Shown: positions 25,590 through 39,833 of the stretch, piece after piece | Position numbering within the stretch: the stretch's first letter is position 1 | Layout of the letters: each line of letters starts with the position of its first letter | DNA from: Eledone cirrhosa | Lineage: Eukaryota | Assembly (NCBI GenBank): GCA_964016885.1 | Contig: OZ024743.1 | Location: forward strand, 229,710,001 to 229,774,000 | Length of the DNA: 64,000 bases | Direction of reading: 5' to 3' | Program-made: the position numbers and the translations under genes | Notes under the pieces: generated by a model | Databases searched by the model: none | What the model was told of the DNA's origin: nothing | Seen by the model: the letters and a program-made list of their open reading frames with translations, nothing else

Positions 25590-26894
25590 CAGCGAGAATC
25601 GCATTTCGGCGGGTAGAAAAAGCGAAACGTAACGCAAATTCCCAGTCATGCTTTGATTTCACATATATGTTAGTGAATATGTGATCCTCTGTCCACATTC
25701 CCGAGGAGGTTGTCAAGACGGAAAAAAGAAAAATAGAAGAAAACTGTAGAGAAAAAAAAAAATAATAAATAAATAAATAAACTAATAAGAAATACGATAT
25801 GGACTAAGTGCTAGCAAAGATGATGTCATTGTCAAAATTGTAGATATAAAGGAAAGAATACACCTTTGAGTATTAAAGGTGAACAAAAGAGTGAGATATC
25901 TTAGCTCTTAGCTGTGCTGAGCGGCCAATTAATTTGACCGATTCATCTTTTGTTCATCTGGATCACAAGCTTATAAGTCCAAACCAGAAATATTTTAGCG
26001 AGAAAACGCGTGAAGCTTTAACGTGGTCATTAGACTTGCCAGAAATAGCTACTACATTCCCTCAAATCACATTCTACAATAGTTTTAACAAAACAAAAAT
26101 AAAACATACAAGCATACATATACATAGACACTTGGTTCGGTGTACACACACACACACTTTACATAGTTCGGAGTTGTGTCGGCAGAATCTTTAGTGCGTT
26201 CGACAAATCTTTTGCGTTAGGAGCTCAAATCTCGCCAAGGTTTGCTTTGCCCTTCATTCTTTCAGGTTTGCTAGAATAACAGAACTGTAAAATATTGACG
26301 GTGATTTCATCGATTGATTCATTTCTCTCAAATTCATGTTTTTGTGTCTTATTATGAAACCGCATACAGTACATATATTAAAGACACATGTGTTAACATT
26401 CTTCTTTATCTATGTGGGTTAGAATATCGCGGCGATGGTAGTTAAGGTGTTAGCGCTAGAGTTGGACGATATGTTAGCATCATCAGTGGTAGTGATAGTA
26501 GCGATTGTGGTGGCGGAGATGGTGTTTAATTAGATAGTTTTATCTGCATTAGGAGTGAGAGGGGCGATGATTGTGCTGATTGAGATGTTAGTGGTGGCTA
26601 TAGTGGTGGGATTATGAGGGTGGTAGTAGAGGTATTCATAGTGATGGTGATAGTTGCGTCCTGGTGGTAGAAGTTGTGCGAGAATTGTTTTTGTTGCTAT
26701 TTAGCACCAAGCCAACCGTGGTCTGGTGGTAGTTTTTCACAGTGTTCATAGCTGAATTGGTTTTCAAGCCGGTATTTAGAGCGAATGGTAGTTGCTCCGC
26801 GGCAGCTGCTATCATTGTTATTGTTGATTAACCCCAAATATGGCCTGACGACGATAATTACGAACGTTTTATTAGTAATCAGTATTAATCTTTA

Positions 26895-29800
26895 ATGTCC
26901 TATACCACATGAAACAGCATTAATCGCTAGGAACTCTGAATGTCCTGTACCACACGAAAAAGCATTAATCGCTAGGAACTCTTAATATCCTGTACCACAC
27001 GAAAAAGCATTAATCGCTAGTAACTCTTAATGTCCTATACCACACGAAAAAGCATTAATCGCTAGTAACTCTTAATATCCTGTACTACACGAAAAAGCAT
27101 TAATCGCTAGTAACTCTTAATGTCCTGTACCACACGAAAAAGCATTAATCGCTAGTAACTCTTAATATCCTGTACCACACGAAAAAGCATTAATCGCTAG
27201 TAACTCTTAATGTCCTATACCACACGAAAAAGCATTAATCGCTAGTAACTCTTAATATCCTGTACCACACGAAAACGCATTAATCGCTAGTAACTCTTAA
27301 TGTCCTATACCACACGAAAAAGCATTAATCGCTAGGAACTCTTAATATCCTGTACCACACGAAAAAGCATTAATCGCTAGTAACTCTTAATGTCCTGTAC
27401 CACACGAAAAAGCATTAATCGCTAGTAACTCTTAATGTCCTGTACCACACGAAAAAGCATTAATCGCTAGTAACTCTTAATGTCCTGTACCACACGAAAA
27501 AGCATTAATCGCTAGTAACTCTTAATGTCCTGTACCACACGAAAAAGCATTAATCGCTAGTAACTCTTAATGTCCTGTACCACACGAAAAAGCATTAATC
27601 GCTAGTAACTCTTAATATCCTGTACCACACGAAAACGCATTAATCGCTAGTAACTCTTAATATCCTGTACCACACGAAAAAGCATTAATCGCTAGTAACT
27701 CTTAATGTCCTGTACCACACGAAAAAGCATTAATCGCTAGTAACTCTTAATGTCCTGTACCACACGAAAAAGCATTAATCGCTAGTAACTCTTAATATCC
27801 TGTACCACACGAAAAAGCATTAATCGCTAGAAACTCTTAATGTCCTGTACCACACGAAAAAGCATTAATCGCTAGTAACTCTTAATATCCTGTACCACAC
27901 GAAAAGGCATTAATCGCTAGTAACTCTTAATGTCCTGTACCACACGAAAAAGCATTAATCGCTAGTAACTCTTAATATCCTGTACCACACGAAAAGGCAT
28001 TAATCGCTAGTAACTCTTAATATCCTGTACCACACGAAAAAGCATTAATCGCTAGTAACTCTTAATGTCCTGTACCACACGAAAAAGCATTAATCGCTAG
28101 TAACTCTTAATGTCCTGTACCACACGAAAAAGCATTAATCGCTAGTAACTCTTAATATCCTGTACCACACGAAAAAGCATTAATCGCTAGTAACTCTTAA
28201 TATCCTGTACCACACGAAAAAGCATTAATCGCTAGTAACTCTTAATATCCTGTACCACACGAAAAGGCATTAATCGCTAGTAACTCTTAATGTCCTGTAC
28301 CACACGAAAAAGCATTAATCGCTAGTAACTCTTAATATCCTGTACCACACGAAAAAGCATTAATCGCTAGTAACTCTTAATATCCTGTACCACACGAAAA
28401 AGCATTAATCGCTAGTAACTCTTAATATCCTGTACCACACGAAAAAGCATTAATCGCTAGTAACTCTTAATATCCTGTACCACACGAAAAGGCATTAATC
28501 GCTAGTAACTCTTAATGTCCTGTACCACACGAAAAAGCATTAATCGCTAGTAACTCTTAATGTCCTGTACCACACGAAAAGGCATTAATCGCTAGTAACT
28601 CTTAATATCCTGTACCACACGAAAAAGCATTAATCGCTAGTAACTCTTAATATCCTGTACCACACGAAAAAGCATTAATCGCTAGTAACAATTAATGTCC
28701 TGTACCATATGAAACAGCATTAATCGCTAGTAACTCTTAATGTATTGTACCACATGAAACAACATCATTCGCTAGTAACAATTAATGTCCTGTACCACAT
28801 GTAACAGCATTAATTGCTTGTTACTCTTAATATCCTGTACCACATGAAACGGCATTAATCGCTAGTAACTCTTAATATCCCGTACCACATGAAGCATCAT
28901 TAATCACTAGTAACTCTTAATGTCCTGTACCACACGAAACATCATTAATCACTAGTAACTTTTAATGTCCTGTACCCCATGAAGCAGAATTATTCGCTAG
29001 TAACTCTTAATATCCTTTACCACATGAAGGAGCATTAATCGCTAGTAACCCTTAATGTCCTGTATCACATGAAACAGCATTAATCGCTAGTAACCCTTAA
29101 TGTCCTGTACCACATGAAACAGTATTATCGCTAGTAACTCTTAATGTCCTGTACCACACGAAACATCATTAACCGCTAGTAACATTTAATGTCCTGTACC
29201 ACAGGAAACAGCATTAATCGCTAGTAACTGTTAATGTCCTGTACCCCATGAAACAGCATTAACCACTAGTAACTCTTAATGTCCTGTACCACATGAAACA
29301 GCATTATTAGCTAGTAACAATTAATGTCCTGTACCTCTTGAAACAGCATTGATTGCTAGTAACTCTTAATGTCCAGTACCACCTGAAACAGCATTAATCG
29401 CTTAACATTTTACGTCCTGCACCAGATGAAACAGCATTAATCTCTAGGAAATGTTATTGTCCTGTAGCATATGAAACAGCATTAATTGCAAGTAACTCCT
29501 AATGTCCTGTGCCACACGAAACAGGATTAATCACCTAACCTTTACTATCCTGTACCACAAGAAATAGCATTAGTCGTTTAAATTTAATGTCCTGTACCAC
29601 ATGAACTAGCATTATTCGCTAGTAAATCTTGTACCACATGAAAAATCATTAATCGCTTAACTTTTAATGTCCTGTAACACACGAAACAGCATTAATCGCT
29701 AGTAACAATTACTGTCCTGTACCATATGAAACAGCATTAACCGCTAGTAACAATTAATGTCCTGTACCCCATGAAACAGCATTAATCGCTAGTAACTCAT

Positions 29801-29930
29801 AATGTCCTGTACCACTTGAAACATCATTTAGCGCTAGTAACTTCTAATGTCCTGTACCACATGAAACAGCATTAATTGCTTGTAACACTTAATGCCATGT
29901 ACCACATGAAGCAACATTAATCTCTAGTAA
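26895..29930. repeat. 45-bp minisatellite array, about 67 units
   Basis: Unit tgtcctgtaccacacgaaaaagcattaatcgctagtaactcttaa, with stop codons in all six frames. Confidence 0.97.
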
Positions 29931-30562
29931 GATGGCGTAAGATTTAGTGGGAATATCACTCGGAACACCCGAGGGCTCGGAACACCTGAAACCATAGGTG
30001 TCCATGAAACATTTTCGTAGTATTAGGGTGCAATATTGAAGTATCAGACGAGGTACCAAATACCTGAAAGCCTAAAGCCCCGGTCTTGGGTGTGGCAGGA
30101 CTGTTAGTTGCTGTGGAGGTAATGGGGCTAGGAAGAAGACAGTGGTGGCAATGCGGGGAGATAGCTAATGTGATTAGGGGGTTGGAATAATTGAAAAGTG
30201 ATAAGTTTGGGGATATTAACTGTTGGGGCTAGTGTTGGCAATAGGGAAGGAGATAGTGGTAGGTTGTGATGGTAATATTAGTCAGGATGTAGGGTGATGA
30301 TGGTGGTAGTTCAGTTGATGATGGTATTGTTAGGGATGATGGTGGTGGTAATAATGATTGTGGTAGTGGTAATGGTGCTGGTAGTTGTGGTAGTAGTTGT
30401 GGTGCAGGTAGTGGTTGTGACGATGGTGGGTATAATGAATAGCGTAGCAGTAAAGTAAGATGGATCCTATAGAGGTGGTGGGGAGGGGGTGGTGATATTT
30501 GTTGTGTGCTAGTCACGATAATTTGCTGATGGTTGTGGTTATGGTGGTCGTTGTGATGGTAC

Positions 30563-32410
30563 TAATGTGAGATGATAGCTATGGTGGTGGTGATGGTTGT
30601 TGTTGTGGTGCTAGATGTGATGGTGTTTGTGGTGGTAGTAGTGGTGTTAGTAATGTGAGATGATAGCTATGGTGGTGGTGATGGTTGTTGTTGTGGTGCT
30701 AGATGTGATGGTGTTTGTGGTGGTAGTAGTGGTAGTAGTGGTATTAGTAATGTGAGATGGTAGCTATGGTGGTGGTGATGGTTGTTGTTGTGGTGGTAGA
30801 TGTGATGGTGTTTGTGGTGGTAGTAGTGGTAGTAGTGGTGTTAGTAATGTGAGATGGTAGCTATGGTGGTGGTGATGGTTGTTGTTGTGGTGCTAGATGT
30901 GATGGTGTTTGTGGTGGTAGTAGTGGTGGTAGTAATGTGAGATGGTAGCTATGGTGGTGGTGATGGTTGTTGTTGTGGTGGTAGATGTGATGGTGTTTGT
31001 GGTGGTAGTAGTGGTGGTAGTAATGTGAGATGATAGCTATGGTGGTGGTGATGGTTGTTGTTGTGGTGCTAGATGTGATGGTGTTTGTGGTGGTAGTAGT
31101 GGTGTTATTAATGTGAGATGGTAGCTATGGTGGTGGTGATGGTTGTTGTTGTGGTGGTAGATGTGATGGTGTTTGTGGTGGTAGTAGTGGTGTTAGTAAT
31201 GTGAGATGAAAGCTATGGTGGTGGTGATGGTTGTTGTTGTGGTGGTAGATGTGATGGTATTTGTGGTGGTAGTAGTGGTGTTAGTAATGTGAGATGAAAG
31301 CTATGGTGGTGGTGATGGTTGTTGTTGTGGTGGTAGATGTGATGGTGTTTGTGGTGGTAGTAGTGGTGTTAGTAATGTGAGATGAAAGCTATGGTGGTGG
31401 TGATGGTTGTTGTTGTGGTGGTAGATGTGATGGTGTTTGTGGTGGTAGTAGTGGTGTTAGTAATGTGAGATGAAAGCTATGGTGGTGGTGATGGTTGTTG
31501 TTGTGGTGGTAGATGTGATGGTGTTTGTGGTGGTAGTAGTGGTGTTAGTAATGTGAGATGAAAGCTATGGTGGTGGTGATGGTTGTTGTTGTGGTGGTAG
31601 ATGTGATGGTGTTTGTGGTGGTAGTAGTGGTGTTAGTAATGTGAGATGAAAGCTATGGTGGTGGTGATGGTTGTTGTTGTGGTGGTAGATGTGATGGTGT
31701 TTGTGGTGGTAGTAGTGGTGGTAGTAATGTGAGATGATAGCTATGGTGGTGGTGATGGTTGTTGTTGTGGTGGTAGATGTGATGGTGTTTGTGGTGGTAG
31801 TAGTGGTGTTAGTAATGTGAGATGAAAGCTATGGTGGTGGTGATGGTTGTTGTTGTGGTGGTAGATGTGATGGTGTTTGTGGTGGTAGTAGTGGTGTTAG
31901 TAATGTGAGATGAAAGCTATGGTGGTGGTGATGGTTGTTGTTGTGGTGGTAGATGTGATGGTGTTTGTGGTGGTAGTAGTGGTGTTAGTAATGTGAGATG
32001 AAAGCTATGGTGGTGGTGATGGTTGTTGTTGTGGTGGTAGATGTGATGGTGTTTGTGGTGGTAGTAGTGGTGGTAGTAATGTGAGATGATAGCTATGGTG
32101 GTGGTGATGGTTGTTGTTGTGGTGGTAGATGTGATGGTGTTTGTGGTGGTAGTAGTGGTGGTAGTAATGTGAGATGATAGCTATGGTGGTGGTGATGGTT
32201 GTTGTTGTGGTGGTAGATGTGATGGTGTTTGTGGTGGTAGTAATGGTGGTAGTAATGTGAGATGATAGCTATGGTGGTGGTGATGGTTGTTGTTGTGGTG
32301 GTAGATGTGATGGTGTTTGTGGTGGTAGTAGTGGTGGTAGTAATGTGAGATGATAGCTATGGTGGTGGTAGATGTGATGGTGTTTGTGGTGGTAGTAATG
32401 TGAGATGGTA
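30563..32410. repeat. 88-bp GT-rich minisatellite, about 21 units
   Basis: gtgagatgaaagctatgg recurs at 31201, 31289, 31377 and onward. Confidence 0.95.
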
Positions 32411-33874
32411 GCTATATGTGGTGGTGATGGTAGTTGTGCTAGTGACGATAATTTGGCTATGGTTATGGTTGTGGTTGTGGTGGTAGATGTGATGGTAGCA
32501 ATGTGAGATGGCGTGAAAGGAAAATAAAAAGCGACTGGAGATAGGGTTGAGACAGGAGGCTAGTTAATTAGCTAGAGAAATACATATAGAAGACTTAACT
32601 TCATTAGTGAAGCTGGAGATAATGAAGGGATCCTCCTCAGCCCGACCCCCAAATCTAACCCTAAATAAACACCCATTACACTCCCCTTACCCTCATCAAC
32701 TATTAGCCACGACCCACGACCCAGCGTCAGTTTTACTGGCAAGTCAAACAGTAGACAGATGTTCGTTGAAAGAACGGCAGCAAAATGAAATGAGAGACGG
32801 GATGTAAGTGGTGGTATTGTGGTGGTGGTGATGGTGGTGAAGGTGGGGGATGTGGTGGTAATGTTGGAAGTGGTGATGGTGGTGGGAATGGTGGTGGTGG
32901 TTGTGGTGGAAGTGGTGGTGGTGATGGAGGCGATGGAGGTGAAGGTGGTGGAGGTGGTTGTAATATTGAAGGTGGTGATAGTGGTGATGGAGGTGCTGGT
33001 AGTATTGGTGGTATAACAGAAGTTTGTGATGGAAGTGGTGTTTGTTGCGGTCTTGGGGATATTGTTAGTGCTATTGGAGGTTTCAGTAGTGGAAGGGGTA
33101 GAGGAGGTAGTGGTAGTTGAGGTGGTAGAGCTGGTAGTGGTGTTAATGATGGTAGTGATCATGTGGGTGGAAGTATTATTGTTGGTTGTTGTAGTAGGCT
33201 TGGCAGTGATAATATTGGTGAGGAGGAATTGGTGGTAGACGAGGTGTGGTGATGGGGCTGATGATAGTACAGATGGTGATGACTGGGATGATGTTGATGA
33301 TGGTGATGGTGATGTTGTAAGTGGCAATGATTGCGTGATAGTGAGAGTAGTGTTAACGAAGATTGTCGTGAGTATATTGATGATGGTGATGATGACTGTG
33401 CGAAGCGTCGAGATGATGACGATGGTGATTATGCTTAGTGTTTCTTAGCCAACGGTTGGTCCTGGTCAGATTGATTTATGATTTAGGATATTCCAACAGT
33501 GACCGTCTTCTATCTTTTTTTCAAACATAATATATCTAGAATGCTATTGTGTAACTTTCCTTTATTAAGACTGTCAGCTGGTATTTCTAGCAGGCGCCTA
33601 ACCCTATTAAGTGTCTATGAGATGCTGGGCATTAAAAGCATTACAATGTGGGATGATGTATGTACACAACTTTGTGGTTGCTGATTGCTTATATTCTGTA
33701 AAGTAGTGGTTCTAAAAATAAAGATTGATCAAATAAGTACCAGTCTTTAATCGCACACAAAAAAACTTGTATATGGATCGACATGATCTAATAGAATCCC
33801 TTCAATGTTGCTCTTAGTCGACTAAAAACCATACAAATAATAAAATTGTATAGCGAGCAAGGTATATCCTGCTT

Positions 33875-34890
33875 AACTCCAAAGTCATTCCATGTCATAA
33901 CTTTGGACGCCTTTATTCTTTCTGTTGCGACCTTTCACCCAGCAAGTGAAAGAAGGAAGACTTATTTCCAAGTTAAAGTTTGTAGGCCTGCTTCTTTGCT
34001 CGATTGGCACCTTTGACCACTTGATTGAATCATGAAGTCTCCCTCCACTTAAGAGCTGAAACAGAAGCTGCTGATTTAAACAGTCTCCATTCCGTTTCAA
34101 GGTCCTCAGCTTGTTCAGAGTGTTCCTTTGGATGCAATAGTATACGCATTCCTACCCCTGACTTTCTTATCCTCCAGCGCATCCCACTGTGTCCTGTAGA
34201 TCGAGCTATGGTCTACCTTTGTTTTATGAAGTTTCAACTTGAGGATAACTAGATGGTGATCAACCCTCTCTCTTAACACGAAATTCCTGCACAGAATCGA
34301 AGAGATCAGGGATAATAACAAATCAATTATTGATCTTTGTCCTCGATTCCCCTCATACTATGTATATTTATGGATGTCTTTGGGCTGGAAGAGGTTGTTC
34401 ATACTAGACAGAAGTCTAATAAGGACTTTACATTTGTATTTAGGTGGGAATCACTATTCCTTCCAATGACCTATGTCAAGTGGTCAATGCCAACATGTGC
34501 ATTGAAGTCTCCCATTAGGAGATACAACTACATCTAATGCTGCAGTGAATTCACCGAAGAAGGATTTCATTTCAGGCACTTTGCTTGTTGCATAAACTTG
34601 TAATACCCACAGTCTAATCTTCAAGAGGCAAATACTTCCTCCTAACGGATCCAGTCAATAACATTCTGACAGTAAGTATCCCCACTCCCGCCTGTGCAGT
34701 TATTTCTGGCGCCACAAATGAATAATGGCGTTTCCATCCTCCATCCAAATCTGCAGTACCAGAGCCACGGAACTTTGTTGAGGAAACCAAGTTTATATCA
34801 AGTCGGTAGCATCTAGCCTCCTCCACTAGCTCCTGCACCTTGCTTGTAAGGGTTGTGATGATTCAGGTTCCAATTCGAACACGCTTGAGA
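33875..34890 (-). pseudogene. RTE-clade LINE apurinic-endonuclease fragment, degenerate
   Basis: RIGT*IITTL...ELVEEARCYRLDINLVSSTK.RGSGT..LDGGW...AQAGVGIL, then GDFNAHVG and DHHLV-like motifs, with frameshifts. Confidence 0.8.
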
Positions 34891-35592
34891 CATGCAAACT
34901 TTGTCAATTCATCCCACCTCTCCCAGGAGAAGTCGCATGCCCATTGCCAGTTCTACAGCATGAGATGGAGACTTTAATATATATTTTCTATCAAGTCACT
35001 CTAGCTAAGGCTTGAACGCGTCTCTTGTTAACCTGCTTGAAGGACGATACGGTATGACTGCCTTTGAGGTGTCTCGCCATATTGCTTGTTACCAATTTGG
35101 TAATTTTCTCAGACCCACGAAGACTGATTCATTTAGAGGCAGCCTTTACTAGACTCACCTTAGCTACATCACTGAGTTCTGAGAGTTTTCTTGGGAGATA
35201 AAGATGTCATTCTTTGCTCCATCTCATCTAGTAGTTTACTGTTGTTGGTTTGGGGTTGCTTATTCGACCGGCAGGTGCCCGTTTATATCGCTAAACCTAT
35301 ACATATTTGTTCATTGTTAAATGGGCACTGGATGATGATGGCAATTATACACCTAGTTAGATAGAGTAAGCCATTGGAAATTTAACTATTATTCTTCATG
35401 GAAACATTTTAGAGCCAGTGATGAGATATGAACCGTTGAACATTTATTTGGGAGTTCAACAAGCTTTTGTCCCAGACCAACGTCAACTAAGCAGAATAAC
35501 ATCTGTTTACAGATTAACCGCCCACCATTATGTATTTTAAGGGGTTTACTCATATACTAAATAATAGTACAGGTATATATATAAATATATAT

Positions 35593-35655
<63 letters not shown>

Positions 35656-36094
35656 ATATATGTATATGTATGTATGTATATGTTGCTGAAGTGGCTTAAA
35701 TTTACTTTAAAAAATACAAATATATATCCGTTATCATCATTATCTTTTTTCCTGAATATTAAAAATATCTGAAAAATGAAAGGTGAATGCATGGGAGCTT
35801 AATTTAAAAAAAAAAAATTATGAATGAAATAGAATTAAAGATTAAAGGTTTCTAATTCGTAAAACAGAAAAAAATATTTCTTATAGCACAAAGAGAATGC
35901 AGTGTTATGGATTAAAAATAAAATCATCTATTGAAAATATTTCTTTTATACTGGGCACTTGAAGCATACATGCATACATAGCTACATATATACATATATA
36001 AAAACGTGCCTTCATGCAAACATGCATGTGTGCAGATACACACACACACACACACAAACACACATACATGTATATGTATATCTATCTATCTATC

Positions 36095-36140
<46 letters not shown>

Positions 36141-36159
36141 CACATATACATACACGTAT

Positions 36160-36191
<32 letters not shown>

Positions 36192-36194
36192 GTA

Positions 36195-36248
<54 letters not shown>

Positions 36249-36949
36249 ACCACCCCACTCTCAAGAGCGTGAAACTAATAAACCTTTGTTCGTACTGCCT
36301 CTCTGTTTTGTTCCCGTTCAATTTTTCACTATATATCTATATATATATATATACAAGAGCAAGAGCAATGTAACAGCATGGGGTATTTACTGTCCGACCT
36401 CTGTCTCCCTCTCCCTAATCTCTTTCTCTTTAAATGTATATGTATATACACACACATATATACGGACCAGTAAATATTCTATTCCATCATACAACTTTCA
36501 TTTGTTTTTCCAGGTTTCTGGTGTTTTATTCCTTTAATCACCTGATATTTTGTAGTTAAACATTAACAGTGTCTTTTACTTCTTCTTTTCCTTATTTGCC
36601 TTAAACGGAAGCTACTTCTCTCTTTCTGTATATCCACGGTGTGTTTTGTTTATTTTTTATTTACTTTTAAAACGCTCTCCATCCTTTTTCAAATCTCTTT
36701 ATTTTATTCTAATCGATGTAATGTTTATTGAAATATTTATTTAAATCTTTACGTATTTTGATGTTTATATTTTGTAGCTTAACATAAACGAAAATTAATT
36801 ACAACAACAAAAAATCTCCTACAAAACTTACAACGAAAAACATCACTACCACCACAGCAACGGCATTAACAACCACCATAACTACAACATACACAACTAC
36901 AACATCCACAACTACAACAGAAAATCTGTGCTACAGCTGCACAACACGA

Positions 36950-37690
36950 GTCACACCTACAATGATAACGTCCAATACCAACACAACCGCAACCACAACA
37001 ACAACTAACACCACAGCAGCAGCAACGACAGCAAAACCCACCATTAGCATCACACTAACCACAGTCATAACAACAACAGCAAAAACCACCATTAGCATCA
37101 CACTAACCACAGTCATAACAACAACAGCAAAAACCACCATTACAATCACACCAACCACAGTCATAACAACAACATCAACTACAACAGCTACAACTACCAC
37201 TACTTCAGCAACAACAACAACAACAAAACCCACTATTACCATCACACCAACCACAGTCATAACAACAACAACATCAACTACAACAGCTACAACTACCACT
37301 ACTTCAGCAACAACAACAACAACAAAACCCACTATTACCATCACACCGACCACAGTCATAACAACAACAACATCAACTACAACAGCTACAACTAACACCA
37401 CAACAGCAGCAGCAACAACAACAAAACCCACCATTACCATCACACCAACCACACTACTAACAACAACAACATCAACTACAATAGCTACAACTGACACCAC
37501 AAATGCAGCAGCAACAACAACAAAACCCACCATTACCATCACACCAACCATAGTCATAACAACAACAACATCAACTACAACAGCTACAACTACCACCACA
37601 ACAGCAGCAGCATCAACAACAAAACCCACCATTACCATCACACCAACCACACTACTGACAACAGCAACAACGTTAGCGATAACTCCCACC
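36950..37690. repeat. 99-bp tandem repeat (about 5 units) preceded by 54-bp units; Thr-rich open frame
   Basis: aaaaccca recurs at 37225, 37324, 37423, 37522 and 37621. Confidence 0.85.
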
Positions 37691-38405
37691 ACAGCGGCAA
37701 AAAAACAAAACCATCACACCAACCGCAGTAGTAATAACAACAACAGCAACGATCACAACTGCCTATAATAAATACAGTTTTAAAACATTATAGAAATAAT
37801 CCCAGTATGAAACCATGAAACGAATTTTTAAAGAAATTACATAAATTTTCCTCTAAGGATTTAAGGCTCTTTTCTACACAGAGTTGGTGGGCGGTTTAAC
37901 TATGCTACTCCTACTTTCTTATCAATTGAATATTTCATTTTCTCATCATTGATCTTTCTACTGTAAAGATGAAAAAAATATACATATAAAAAAAGATTAA
38001 AAGAAATAAGAATATAGAGAAGGAGGAGGAAGAGGGGAAAAGGAAGAGGGGGGAGGGAGGACGTGGAAAATAATAATTATGATGCGGTGTGGTAAGGATT
38101 ATGATAATGATAGTGATGGCGTTTATAATGCTGGTCATGATGATCATCGTTATGATGATGGTGATTATGGCGATGATTATAACGATGTGGTGATGTTTAT
38201 GATGATGATGATAATAATGATGATGGTGATGATGATGGTGTTGGAGGTGGCGGTGATGTTGATGATGCTGTTTGTGATGATACTGGCAATGATAATGTTG
38301 ATAAAAGTCGAAGATGATGACGATATTGATGATAGTTGATGATGATGATAGGTAATGATGAAGATAATGTGTGTGATGACGAGGAGAATGACCATGATAA
38401 TGTAG

Positions 38406-38440
<35 letters not shown>

Positions 38441-38689
38441 GTCGGTAATGTTGATAGTTATGGTAATTATAAAACGAGTATTGATTTCTGATGTCACAAT
38501 GACACGAAATTCCGTGTCTTATATGGCCGATTAGATCACCCACTCTATAGGATTGATACTGATATATGTTTTTCCATCTCGATAGGATGAAACTGGAATC
38601 GCAACGGGCTTTGAACTGAAGCATAAATGTTCGGAAATAAATATCATAAATCAGTTGCTCTACCGACTCAGGCACCCAACCACCACGAT

Positions 38690-38890
38690 TGTTTATTAAT
38701 AAATTGTAATTTAGGCGCAAGGCCAGCAATTTGAGAGGAAAAAAAAACTCGATTATATCGACTGTAGTAATAGACTGATAGCTGTTTATCGACTCGGGAG
38801 CACAAAAAGCAACTTGACTTCGGCGAGATTTGAACTCAGAATAGAAAAAGCTAAATAACTGGCATCAATTTTCCGATGTTCTGACCACTC
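38690..38890 (-). mobile_element. Degenerate copy of the tRNA-derived SINE
   Basis: tttatcgac...cttcggcgagatttgaactcag is the reverse complement of the family core. Confidence 0.6.
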
Positions 38891-39448
38891 TGTACACTGC
38901 TGCACCTCATTAGTACTTATAATAGCAACAATATCTAACATCAAAACCAGATGGATTTGATGAAGGACAGCGTTCTGTATATTATCTCCTGCAATTGACT
39001 GATAGTTCTAGTTATCGACCTCGGAATTTGAACTCATAACAATAACCTGTCCGATGCTCCAATGTGCTTTCATGAGTTGGCTTTCTAGAACAAATACTCT
39101 CATCTGCATCTTTCGATTTGTGCCCAAATTCAATTGGAATGGTGCCCATTAATTATTGTTTTTAGATTTTAAACACATTTAGGGGGAATTTGCTTGTCTG
39201 TTGATCATATAAGAAATCACAGTTTTCCAGCCCGTTATGTTAGATTTGCGAAATGACCCTACCGTTTATATATGTATGTATGCGTGTGTGTGTGTGCGTG
39301 TGCGTGTCTGTATGTATATATGTGTGTGGCATGTACGTATTTGTGTACTACTTTACAAATACACATGCACACATATATACACACGCACATATGTATGATT
39401 GTATGAATAAACCTTGTTGTTTTGAACGAGACGAAGTGAGAATGTACT

Positions 39449-39766
39449 TGAATTCAGAGCAAAATGAGAAAACTCACCGCTAGAACAGCTGTTAAAACAG
39501 CCAAATGCTGTCAACGACAGCGATGGAGAATAATGCTTCAGAGGACAGAGACCAGCGGCCGGTGGTCAACATAAAGAAAATCCACGAGGTGGACAATTTT
39601 CTTTGTCCTCCTGGTTTCTCAATCTGTTCTATAGTTCACCTGCCTGTCACCCACCTCGTGGGTTGTCTCTCTGCTGAAAGCTAGTCACTGGTCTCTGTCA
39701 TTGAACGCATTTAGTTGATTTAACAAATGTTCTAGCAATGAGTTTTCTCTTGTTTCTATGAATTCG
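39449..39766. mobile_element. Degenerate fold-back/MITE-like element
   Basis: gagaaaactcaccgctagaaca...gttaaaa pairs with ttttaac...tgttctagcaatgagttttctc; inner ccacgaggtgg/ccacctcgtgg pair. Confidence 0.6.
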
Positions 39767-39833
39767 CATGTGTGTGTATATATATATATATATATATAGG
39801 AGGAAGTTATAGTTCACTTAAAGCATTGTGTAA

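Noticed and set aside
26895-29930. CRISPR-like regular array
   Set aside because: Units are contiguous with no unique spacers, no cas genes are present, and the context is eukaryotic
32575-32803. Plus-strand exon ending at gtaagt
   Set aside because: No polypyrimidine acceptor and no recognisable peptide
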